A stretch of 62,672 nt of DNA, the filler included, from Vannella sp. (Eukaryota): the NCBI GenBank assembly GCA_023345925.1. It is 4 parts of 4 records of this genome, joined end to end, with 100 filler letters (N's around TTAATTAATTAA, not from the genome) between each part and the next. Parts side by side here need not be neighbours in the genome. Positions count along the whole stretch, not along the records: positions 45,845 to 55,779 come from JAJQQN010000567.1; positions 55,880 to 62,672 come from JAJQQN010000340.1; 2 more parts are not named here. One strand, written 5' to 3'. Under the pieces are notes generated by a model. That model saw nothing but the letters and a program-made list of their open reading frames with translations. It did no database searches and was not told where the DNA came from. Shown here piece by piece: positions 50,001 through 58,499 of this stretch. Positions within the stretch are counted from its first letter, which is position 1, and each line of letters begins with the position of its first letter. Position numbers and translations under genes: made by a program.

Positions 50001-50887
50001 TGTTCTTGTTGTAGTGTGGAGGGGAGAGTCTCTGTCTCTTCCTTGACCTCTTCATCTTCGTCTTCGTCTTCGTCTTCAGAGCTACTGAGGAAGAAAGCAT
50101 CTTCTGTATCTTGGAACACCTCGTGGAACCGGATGATGCTGGACTGAGCGCCCTCGTTGATGCGGAAGCGAGCTTGGGAGATGATCTCTTCCTCCTCTCG
50201 TGACAATGCTGTTCCTGGAGGCCCTGTATGGCGCTCTTTTGGTTGAGATACTACTGTTTTGAGGTTATCAGCTGGTTCCTGGCCCTTCTCTAACTCTGCT
50301 GAAGGAGTGGGAAGGGAACCAGAGAACTGCATCCCAGAGGAGAAACCAGGAGGGCATGATCGTAGACGTTGTTCAAAGTTGAGCTCTGCGGGGTCAAACA
50401 CGAAGATCTGGGTTGGTTCAGCCTTCCTCCCGTCCTCGTGAACGTCAAACCCGCCAGGAAGGAAAGGAACGTTGTTCGATGTGCCGAATACAAAGTCCTC
50501 ACGCTTTCCAGGAGCTCTCAAGAGAGAGCTACAGAGGTTTACAGAGTCGCCTTCTCCTGCTACTCGCCCTTCCACCTCTGCTTGTGTCGAGACCTCCAAT
50601 GAGAAGCAAAACTTGGAGAAGTCCAGCTCTCGACCCCAGCGAGTCTGTTCTAGTGGTACACTGATAGAATCGACGTTTCCCTCAAGGTCCAGCTGTCCTC
50701 TAAGTGGCTCCTCGAAGTCTGCCTTCGGAAGGGGAAAGACAACGGTGCTTGGGATGCCCTGCTGGCCCACATTCCTTCCTCCAAAGTTCTCTGATGGTAC
50801 TATCTCATATTGCCGCCCGCTGGTGCCCACACGAACCACCCCAAACTCAACAGGAAGCCCTGCTGCAAGAGGGATGGCCTCTGGCAT
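47099..50887 (-). CDS. SKI2: Ski2 DExH-box RNA helicase (SKI complex)
   Basis: Ski2_N-type SLLRAPG..FVFG..NVPFLPGG; YPFELDTFQKEA, VFVAAHTSAGKTVVAEYA, FDEVHY, QMSGRAGRRG, C-terminal IKRDIVFASSLY. Confidence 0.96.
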   Translation of the reverse strand: MPEAIPLAAGLPVEFGVVRVGTSGRQYEIVPSENFGGRNVGQQGIPSTVVFPLPKADFEEPLRGQLDLEGNVDSISVPLEQTRWGRELDFSKFCFSLEVSTQAEVEGRVAGEGDSVNLCSSLLRAPGKREDFVFGTSNNVPFLPGGFDVHEDGRKAEPTQIFVFDPAELNFEQRLRSCPPGFSSGMQFSGSLPTPSAELEKGQEPADNLKTVVSQPKERHTGPPGTALSREEEEIISQARFRINEGAQSSIIRFHEVFQDTEDAFFLSSSEDEDEDEDEEVKEETETLPSTLQQEQPSGEDSGDETVEDLLQQAKDWESVYAKRLRSNKAKKRDTWSVQLNMNMDSFHQDVPEMAIRYPFELDTFQKEAVYHLERNESVFVAAHTSAGKTVVAEYAIALARKHMTRAIYTSPIKALSNQKYRDFKETFGEVGLITGDVQINPEASCLIVTTEILRSMLYKGADLLRDVEWVIFDEVHYINDSSRGVVWEEVIIMLPARVNLIMLSATVPNTMEFADWIGRTKKKPIYVVSTQYRPTPLEHYLCVNDEFFKLVDKDGQFQRDSHQKAVRSLEESQKKSKNKGNPGYVGLGAEKSYFSKLLKLLQKKELTPVVIFVFSKKKIDSLAQSLTHVDLTTSQEKSEIHIFIESVLSRLNVADRKLPQVAEIRDLLKRGIGVHHSGLLPIIKEMVEILFGRGLCKILFATETFAMGVNMPARTVVFQSIRKHDDKGLRNLLTGEYIQMSGRAGRRGIDSVGMVIIACCKQIPDKMDLLSVVTGKVEKLESRFKLSYNMILNLIRVQDFRVQDMIKRSFSEAGSQRDVPEQVELLKKGKSKLMDIEDIHCILGDPSIEDYYGTHAEAKLLVHNVQSFLSQSKTAQKLFSIGRLVQISVPHHRNQFGVILNKARDRQINLDEMSDRVSTISCYNIVVPAKTRSVDPSGLHPFETMEVPASCILRVFKEKLTLDAASVGNEASMSKIVEELRALFIKHQESPLPCLGPKDFKVSDVDFIVQHQKKESLIDLLEANKCHACPKLDEHYDATDKTQRLVNMIEHLKFTISEDNLYLLPEFECRMDVLRKLDYIDDGNAIQLKGRVARELNTVQDEMIATEMVFRSVLSDLDPAELASVISALVFQEKSQTDPTLTPVLQETWVVMKDLAEEIGSVQAKCGLDVASKQYARDNLNCGLMEVVYEWARGVPFADICLLTDIKEGSIVRCIVRIEEACREFKTVARIVGNVVLQNKLEEASQMIKRDIVFASSLYTQ

Positions 50888-50954
50888 GGGAGTACGGAGT
50901 TATGGCTTCTCCCAGAGTCCTTAATCCTTCTGAAATGGTGAATAACTCATTTAT

Positions 50955-51614
50955 ATGATGGAGGCGTCGTGGAGTGGCGATGTTGTGGACTTGTTGGGAG
51001 AGGACGGGCTCAAAGGGAGCTCTTTGGTGGTATCAGAGGGCGATGAGGTCAACTTCTTGGTTAGTAACAAGAAGCAAAGGAACTTTAGCCGCTATTGTGG
51101 GCGCCTGGAGCCTGTGAAAGATCCTGTCGGGGTCATCAATCAATACACAGACCACACAACGCGGCTCTTTGCCAAAGTGAACCTGTGCTTGGCGTCGGAC
51201 TCTGATGGCTTGTCGCAGTTTGGGGACTTCATTCCTCAGCTTCGCAGCGCAATCTTCTCTCAACCTCTCCTGGACAATGGGGTGTTCTTCCGCGGGGTGT
51301 CGCTGAGCTCCATGGAGATCGCGAAGATGGAAGAGCTCCAGACGTTCTTCATCCCGAGCTTTACGTCAACAAGTGTGGATCCAGCGAAAGCCTACGCAAA
51401 GTCGGCCACGATGGTCATCAAAGTCCCTTTTGGGTGCCAATATGCCTGTAGTATCACTGAGAAGCTCTCTAAGTTCCATGAACAAGAAAGAGAAGTCCTT
51501 TTGGCTTGCTACTCCGCCTTCCGTCTCGAAAGGATCGAGCAAGGTCCTTCCAACACAAAGATCATCTCCCTTTACCTCGATGAACATCTCTCAGCACACT
51601 CCTCTCTTGCATGA
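50955..51614 (+). CDS. Mono-ADP-ribosyltransferase, R-S-E (cholera-toxin-like/ART) clade; intronless; no signal peptide
   Basis: VFFRGV (R), SFTSTS (STS), SKFHEQEREVLL (ExE). Confidence 0.85.
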   Translation: MMEASWSGDVVDLLGEDGLKGSSLVVSEGDEVNFLVSNKKQRNFSRYCGRLEPVKDPVGVINQYTDHTTRLFAKVNLCLASDSDGLSQFGDFIPQLRSAIFSQPLLDNGVFFRGVSLSSMEIAKMEELQTFFIPSFTSTSVDPAKAYAKSATMVIKVPFGCQYACSITEKLSKFHEQEREVLLACYSAFRLERIEQGPSNTKIISLYLDEHLSAHSSLA

Positions 51615-51773
51615 TTAATCTCTCTCTCCTTGAAACCGCAAGACAAGAGCAGTGTAAGCTGATGAGGCAGACAGGGGGTCCTGTTGGAGCCAAATGTGAA
51701 TAAATTGTTTGAACAAGGAACTCGCTGTCATTAATTAAACTGCTTCAACAAGGTTTATTGTTTGGGACCGGCG

Positions 51774-52235
51774 ATGATGTCGGGACGTGATGATCTCGAC
51801 ACCAACCTAGTCTTCACCTACGGTACCCTCAAGCGCGGATTTCACAACTTCCATGTTATAGGAAACGCACAGTTCATTGGGGAGGCGACCACCAGTGAAG
51901 CACGCTTCACGATGGTGCAACTATGTTCACAAACTGGTGTCGCGTACTCGGGTAGCTGTCCTGGAGTGAAAGCCAATGGAAGCAGCTTTGTTAGCGGAGA
52001 AGCGTTTTGCGTTGTTGGAAGAGAAGCAATGGAGCGATTGGATCAACTGGAAGACGAGGGAGTCCGTTACAAGAAAGAGTTGATCCCGATCAACCTCACC
52101 AATGATCCTTCCCCTCTCTCAAGAGCTTGGATCTATGTTCATATCAACGAGGAGGAGCATGTTGTTACGCCTGCCAGCCAAGTTCAATTGAACGAGGACA
52201 CCAACACCTACTCGTGGTTGCTCCCAACCCAATAA
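51774..52235 (+). CDS. Gamma-glutamylcyclotransferase (AIG2/GGACT-like)
   Basis: VFTYGTLKRGFHN, VSGEAFCV, MERLDQLE, AWIY. Confidence 0.88.
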   Translation: MMSGRDDLDTNLVFTYGTLKRGFHNFHVIGNAQFIGEATTSEARFTMVQLCSQTGVAYSGSCPGVKANGSSFVSGEAFCVVGREAMERLDQLEDEGVRYKKELIPINLTNDPSPLSRAWIYVHINEEEHVVTPASQVQLNEDTNTYSWLLPTQ

Positions 52236-52360
52236 CTATGATTGTCCAGTTGCGCGCCCGTCACCCAATAACAACCCAAAGCTTGGATCACCCCACAACA
52301 CCACACAACCCCAACATGCTGCTTGTTGGGTCTAATGATAATGAGCAGTCCTACACCAAA

Positions 52361-52519
52361 TCAAAGTGAACATAAGGTGTTCCAGTTGGCCTTGTTAGTC
52401 CAGAAAGGGCCTCCCGTTGCATTGTAGAGAGCGAGAAGAGAGTCCCTCCTCTCCTCCGGAAGCAGGCAAGAGACTCCTAAAAGTAGAAAAGGGAAGAAGA
52501 ATAGCCGAGCGCTGATCAT
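52361..52519 (-). pseudogene. Truncated LRR receptor-like gene remnant (signal peptide + LRR N-cap)
   Basis: MISARLFFPFLLLGVSCLLPEERRDSLLALYNATGGPFWTNKANWNTLCSL*FGV; the motif AL.alY.atgG..W....nW....C.WfGV is interrupted by TGA at the Trp position and no LRRs follow. Confidence 0.55.
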
Positions 52520-52860
52520 GGACGACAAAAACTGAAGTTAGAAGCAAAGGAGAACACCAACACAATGCCCTTCACGCCCGAATGCTGATTGGCCAGGAGT
52601 AGTTTGGAGCTTCCGCAGACACAAAGACCGATCAACCCCACATCAGACGACATCAGATTGCAGCAAATAAATGGTAGCTTACTATTTATTGTTGTAAATT
52701 ATGATTATGGCCGATGGATTGAGTGTATTGTTCTGAAATAAGGTGGCCCTCGCGTTTGGGCCCTCAACGTGTGACCAAACCGAGCATGTGGGGAGTAGTG
52801 GCTTGTTGTGGATGAAGAAAACATGTCTTCTTCATCCGGCCTCTCAGAAAACTCACCCTT

Positions 52861-53021
52861 CTCCAGAGTACTGTTCCATTAAGCGCCCTGACACATGTTA
52901 ATCAGGCAAGAGCACGGCCATTTACGAAGTCGCCCGCTCCTTCAAGAACTCCCACTACCTTCTACTGAAAGAGGGAGATCACAACCTGATCAGGGCGCTC
53001 AATGGAAACAGTACACTGGAG
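52861..53021. repeat. Inverted-repeat-bounded ~160-bp element (possible MITE)
   Basis: ctccagagtactgttccattaagcgccctga (52861-52891) pairs with tcagggcgctcaatggaaacagtacactggag (52990-53021). Confidence 0.65.
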
Positions 53022-53220
53022 TCAAGCTTGGTGTCAGAAAGTGCTTTCGAGCATTATAAATGACCTGCACAAAAGCTGTGGTTTCATAGCTGATGAAAAT
53101 TTTAACGAAAGTTTCGACGAGCGGAATCGAGGCCCTTTTTCTCTCGCGTGCCAGGCTTTGAGGTATGTCGCAGGTTTCCCTTGTTTGCGGGGTCTCTGTC
53201 TCACGTTCTTGGTTGATAGC

Positions 53221-53849
53221 ATGTCCTTGACTTACCGCAAAAAAATCCAAAAGGAAGGTAACGCGACCATCGACGAGCTCGAGCAGAACGTTGCCCAGGC
53301 CCTTTACGATCTGGAGCAGGGATCCGACTTGAAGTCCGAAATGAAGCACCTGTTCATTCTCTCCGCTAAGGAGGTCCAGGTCGCTGACAACAAGAGCGCC
53401 ATCGTCGTTGTCATCCCCTTCCGTCAGTCCACCCAGTTCCGACGCATCCACACCCGTCTTATCCACGAGCTGGAGAAGAAGTTCGCCAAGAACGTCGTGA
53501 TCATCGCCCAGCGCCGCATCTTGCAGCGACCTGGCCGCAACAACCGAGTTGCTCGCCAGAAGAGACCCGATTCTCGCACTCTCACCTCTGTCCACAACGC
53601 CATTTTGGACGAGATCGTGTACCCTGCTGAGATTACCGGAAAGCGCCTTCGCTTCAAGCTTGACGGAGCCAAGCAGCTCAAGGTGTACGTGAATTCCCCT
53701 CTTCTTTGAACGGCTCTGATCTTTGTTGCAGGTACCTTGACAAGAAGGACGAGCAAACTTTGGGAGACAAGGTTGACAGCTTCACCGCCGTCTACAGAAA
53801 GCTCACCGGCAAAGACACCGTCTTCACCTTCGATAGCCAGTTCAGATAA
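53221..53849 (+). CDS. RPS7: 40S ribosomal protein S7 (eS7)
   Basis: RLIHELEKKF, IAQRRIL, QKRPDSRTLTSVHNAILDEIVYPAEITGKR, FTAVYRKLTGK; one coding intron ~53684-53731; probable 5'UTR intron 53163-53219. Confidence 0.96.
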
Positions 53850-53953
53850 ACTGCCACGCGGTATCAACTGTAAACTTTGAGGCATAAATGATGCACCAGT
53901 ACGACAGGAACAGAAGGGAGGGAAAGGATCAGGTTTAGTCTTCCAGTCCTCGG

Positions 53954-55779
53954 CTACTCCCAGTAGGGGAGCACTGTTCGCTCAGGAAGTCCTTTGTGAT
54001 TCGCCCAGAAGGCGCCTGTCATCGCACGAAGGTAACCGGACTCTTTGAGCTTCCGGTGGTCTTCTGCGCGCGGGAAAATCGCTAATCTCATTCTTTCATA
54101 GAACTCCTCTTCCGTCGAGGAGCCACGGGACAGAGAAGGGGCCAAGATGTGGAAGCGAGGGAAGTAAACGCGGTGAGGGACAATCGCACGGGAAAGGTGC
54201 GAACTCATCCCACTCCGCGTCTTTTTCACCAGATCCTTTGGGGTGGCCTGATTCTAAAGCAGATTGAGTGCCACAGAGTAGCGGAATCATGAGTGACTTA
54301 CAATGAGGTATTGAGGGCACTTGGGGAAGCAACAGTGATGGCGAAGGAGTCTGCTTGATTCAAGGATGAGTTGGTCATTGGCGGGCCGAGAGACATTCAT
54401 TTGGTCCACTTCAGCGCGAGTGAAGGTACGAGGAAGGCCGGAATGGCACTTAAAGAATTGGTGCTGCTCTTGCAAGAGAGTGGCTCTCCGCAATTCCTTT
54501 TTCATGGAAAGGAATCGAACGGACATCTGTTCCACAAGAATGGTTCTGCGTTCTTCCCGCGCGATATCTTCAATCACTTGGCTTGGGTTAAGCAATGATG
54601 GCAAGCCATCTTTGCGGTTCTTGGCAGAGTAGTGAGCCAGTCCTTGGACATAAAGGGCGATCTGAAGGTGCATTGGCACTACGGTGGGGACGTATTCGAC
54701 GATGAAGTTGCGCATTGTCACCTTCTTGAAGCCCTCTTGAAAGTAACTGAACAATCCAGTGGTCTCTCCGCTGCGCAAGAGGTCTCGGATTTCCTTCTTC
54801 CCAGTGAATTGGTGCAGCAGAGAAGCGAATCCCAGACATGCCACAACTGCTTGTGGGGAGCAATTGGTCAAGGTCCTAGCGAAGAGTCGGCTGGAATAAC
54901 GTTTTCCTCGACTTTCGTCAAAGTGTCCTGAAAACACAAAGTCTCCCATTCCTTCCTTGTACTGTTCGGGAGTCTGCCAGTCAGGCAGTTCTTCCCTTTC
55001 TGAGATTCCTAACGCTTGGCGAATGAGCGGACGAGCGTTATGGGCGAGCTGCTTCTGCTTGACGACTACTCTGCAAGAGCGGGAGGTGACTTCAGCCAAA
55101 AGTGCCAAAGCCACATCGCACAGTTGATGGAAGAGGCCTTGATCAGTGAATAGAGCGACCAAGTCATCAAAGAAGCAAAGTGGACCCAGTACTTTTGCAA
55201 CAGATACAACGTCATCTTCCTCCGCCTCTGTCATGAAAAGGCCTGGCCTTGGACTCAATAGGTTCAAGGCAACTGCCTTCCAATACTTGGATTCTCTTGT
55301 AACGTCTTGTAGATGAGCATACATCTCAAAGACTACTTGCAGGTGGGCATGGGTTCGCATTCCCTCGGACATTAACTGTTCCACTGCCTTTACAAAAGAG
55401 ATCATTGTCAGGGCCAAGTGCTGTGAAGGGAGCGAAAGCTCATAGTTGCGAGCAAAGACCACTCCCATATACGCTTGGTGGAGCTGAGTAGCAACAAATC
55501 GCTGAGCTAACAGCGGGCGAGCAGGATCTGGAATGACTAAAACATCTTCAACCGGTTTTCCGGTCTCGTCCTTGTTCTCGAGGCCAATATCAAGAAGACA
55601 CATAGCTGAGTTTGTATCACACACTTGGAGAGAGACATACTCAACAATGAGGGCCCAGGGGTTAATGTTTGACGCCTCAGAACGCTTCACATGAATCCCC
55701 CGGCCAACCATTCCCAAGCTGTAAAGGAGTTCCGGGACATTGATACCATCAAAATCGCTGTCTAGGGTCTGATAGATAC
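53954..55779 (-). CDS. C-terminal part of a large hypothetical protein, possibly the 3' half of the vWA-UBC gene across the gap
   Basis: Long frame open from the gap (PELLYSLGMVGRGIHVKRSEASNINPW...HHCCFPKCPQYL), then short exons; same strand as 55880-58394. Confidence 0.55.
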
Positions 55780-55879
55780 NNNNNNNNNNNNNNNNNNNNN
55801 NNNNNNNNNNNNNNNNNNNNNNNTTAATTAATTAANNNNNNNNNNNNNNNNNNNNNNNNNNNNNNNNNNNNNNNNNNNN
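55780..55879. other. Artificial contig spacer
   Basis: N44-TTAATTAATTAA-N44. Confidence 0.98.
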
Positions 55880-58394
55880 TGATGTTCTTCTTCCGAGCCT
55901 TCTCGGACAGTGTACGAGTGGAGTTTGGTAGATCTTCAATATCTTCTACCTTCTTCGTCTCAGTCAGTACTGCCTCGGACAAGTCAATAGTAGATGGAGG
56001 CGGCGATTGGTGCTGTGCATAACCAAGGGTAGGAACTACAACTTTGGGGACAAACCGATTGGAGGTTGGAATCAACATTTTGTCCACCTCAGTTGCCTTC
56101 TTTCCTGACTTTGCCCTTCCCTGGACAGTCTGCCATCCTACTGCATCAGCAACATCAGTTTGACTTGCCTCTATGTTGATCTTCAACGGCGAAACCGTTG
56201 TGGATGAATGAGACAGTCGCGGAAGTGCTTTTGCCCGGTGAGCGTGTGGAGGGATGACCGCCTTGGAAATCTTCAAAGAGGAATAGAAGCTGGCCTGTTT
56301 GATTTTCTTATCATCCAGAGCCGGCCATGCTCGCTTTGGGGCTCCTGAATGAGGGCATCCATTGCAAACAAAAGCTGAGGCCGAAGCAGAAGCTTTCTGA
56401 ACCTCCTTTCGGGAAGTATCTGCCTTGTCAAAGAGGAATGACTGAAGTTGGAGCAAAACGCTGTGGACGGAGTATGCGGTCGTCCATCCAGAATAAGGCT
56501 TATCTAACTGCTCCTTCGAGGACCATTCGAACTCCTCCAACATATCCAAACAGATCCAAGCCCGGAACACATTCTCGTGCTTGAGATACGAGCAGAAGAA
56601 GAGTTTCGGGGGCTGGAATGGATAAGAGTGAGGGAATTGCATGATAAAGTGGAACACAGTGCCTTGGTATGGGCTGAGTTCCGGACCTTTCATGTTGCAA
56701 TGCCATTCGAACAAGTCACTTTCCACTGGCTCAGCCGTAACAGAAGGCAGCGGATTCCTCTTAATCTCTTCAAGATCAGCTATCAGTCGACGAATACCTC
56801 TTGCTAGTCTCCCTTGGTCTTCTTTCTTTTCCTCTGCCAATGGCTCTGGCACTGACACAGGAGCTTGAATAGGAAGTGCGACCATTTTCGCAGGAGGTTG
56901 AGTCGTAGGTGGAAGCAAGCGGCTCTTCTTCTTGGCCTTGACCGGTTCACTTTGTGTGGGAATGGGAACTGTGGAAGCTGGTGTGACTACTGAGAGGGGG
57001 GCCTTTGGAGTCTGAGGTCCGATTGTCTTTCCTGTTAAGGCCTGGAGCATGTCGCGCTGACCTTCAGTGAGATAAGAAGCTGCAGCTGAGCTGCTGATTC
57101 CACTGGCCCTTTGCTGGTAATGACTTCGAGAAAGGCTGTAAAGATGCTTCACTCCGGTCGAGCGGAAGGTCGCTTCATCTTTCACTAGCGTAAGAGAGTC
57201 CTCAACATCGGTAATCAGAGAAGCGGTAAAGCTGGAAGCAGCTCGATGGGAGCCAGACGCCTTGAGACTATCGAGTTCCGTTTGTAGCGTTGACCGGGCT
57301 TCTTTCAAGTTTCCGCTCTCTCCCAATCGAATGGCTTCTTTCAAAACCTCTGCCACTCGCACTCGGTTCCGCTGCTCATCAATCTCTGTGAATTCTGGCG
57401 TGTCCTTCTCGTCTTTGCAATCTTCAAGACCAGGCCGGGAGACGTTCAAGTTGCAGGACATTTCTTGTACTCCTGCATCAGCTTCAAAAGTCAATTTGAT
57501 GTCAAAGTACACTTCCGAAGCGTTGGCAGGTGCCAGCAGTGTTGGCACTTGGAAAGAGAATGGAATATTGCGCTTCTCTCCTCCACTGAGGTTCCCCAGT
57601 TGGAGCTTGTAGGTTGCGCCTTTTTGTGTTTGCTTCAGATCAGACATGATCTTGATGATTTGGGCCCCTCTCATGGAAGGTTTCAAGTAGAGCGTTGCGT
57701 TCCGGTAAGCCACTGATTTGACTCCTCCCAAACACTCTGCGAAGGACATGGCAATTGTACGCTCGTCTTTGATATAGTAGTACATTCCTCGACCAGTGTC
57801 GCTGATTGCGCGTAGAAACGCTGCATTGTGAGAGCTGCCAAAGCCAAAGGTGGATACTGTCGTGCCTTTCTGCAGCTGTTTAGCCAACGCACTCTCAATT
57901 TCAAACACTGAAGTGATTCCAAAGTTGGCATCTCCATCAGTCATCAGCATCACAGATTGAACGTTTGTTTTGGTAGACTTGGCGATTTCCTGCACTCCCA
58001 GGAACAATCCGGCACTGAGATTCGTGCAGCCGTTGATTTCGATAGCTGCAACAGTGTTCTTTGCCCGCTCCTTGTTAGCGGACGACATCTTCAGTAGCGG
58101 TAAAACAGTTTGAGCGCTACTCCCAAACGTGACGACGCAGAGTTCGTCTCCCTCTTGAAGCTGAGACACGATGAAATTGAGCGTGGACTTGGCGAGGGCG
58201 AGACGCTCTCCCACCATGCTGACACTTATGTCTATCACTGCTACCAATGAAAGGGGGACGGAGGTTTCGCTGGTCAAGGCAGGGACGATCAAATTGACGG
58301 ATCCAAACAACGGAGAAGGCTTTGCGTCGAACGCCACGGTCGAGCTCTCGCTCGTTGCCGTCAACCGAGCCGGACAGCGTTGGCCAGCTGTCAT
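55880..58394 (-). CDS. vWA domain + ubiquitin-conjugating (E2/UBC) domain protein (truncated by gap)
   Basis: MIDAS VIDISVSM, GCTNLSAGL, MLMTDG, TFGFGSSH; UBC RRLIADLEEI..DLFEWHCNMKGPELSPYQGTVFHFIMQFPHSYPFQPP..HENV..ICLDML..SGWTTAYSVHSVLLQLQSFL. Confidence 0.88.
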
Positions 58395-58499
58395 TCTCTC
58401 TTCCAAGAGAATAAGTGAACCCAGAAGCAGCAAAGAACGAAGACATTCCCAGTATCTGGAATGATTCTGGATTCATTATGACGCAATAATGAAGTTGGC

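Noticed and set aside
52361..52363. In-frame TGA at a Trp position as evidence of UGA recoding
   Set aside because: Other genes here end in TGA and use TGG for Trp, and the frame does not continue into LRRs, so a pseudogene is the simpler explanation.
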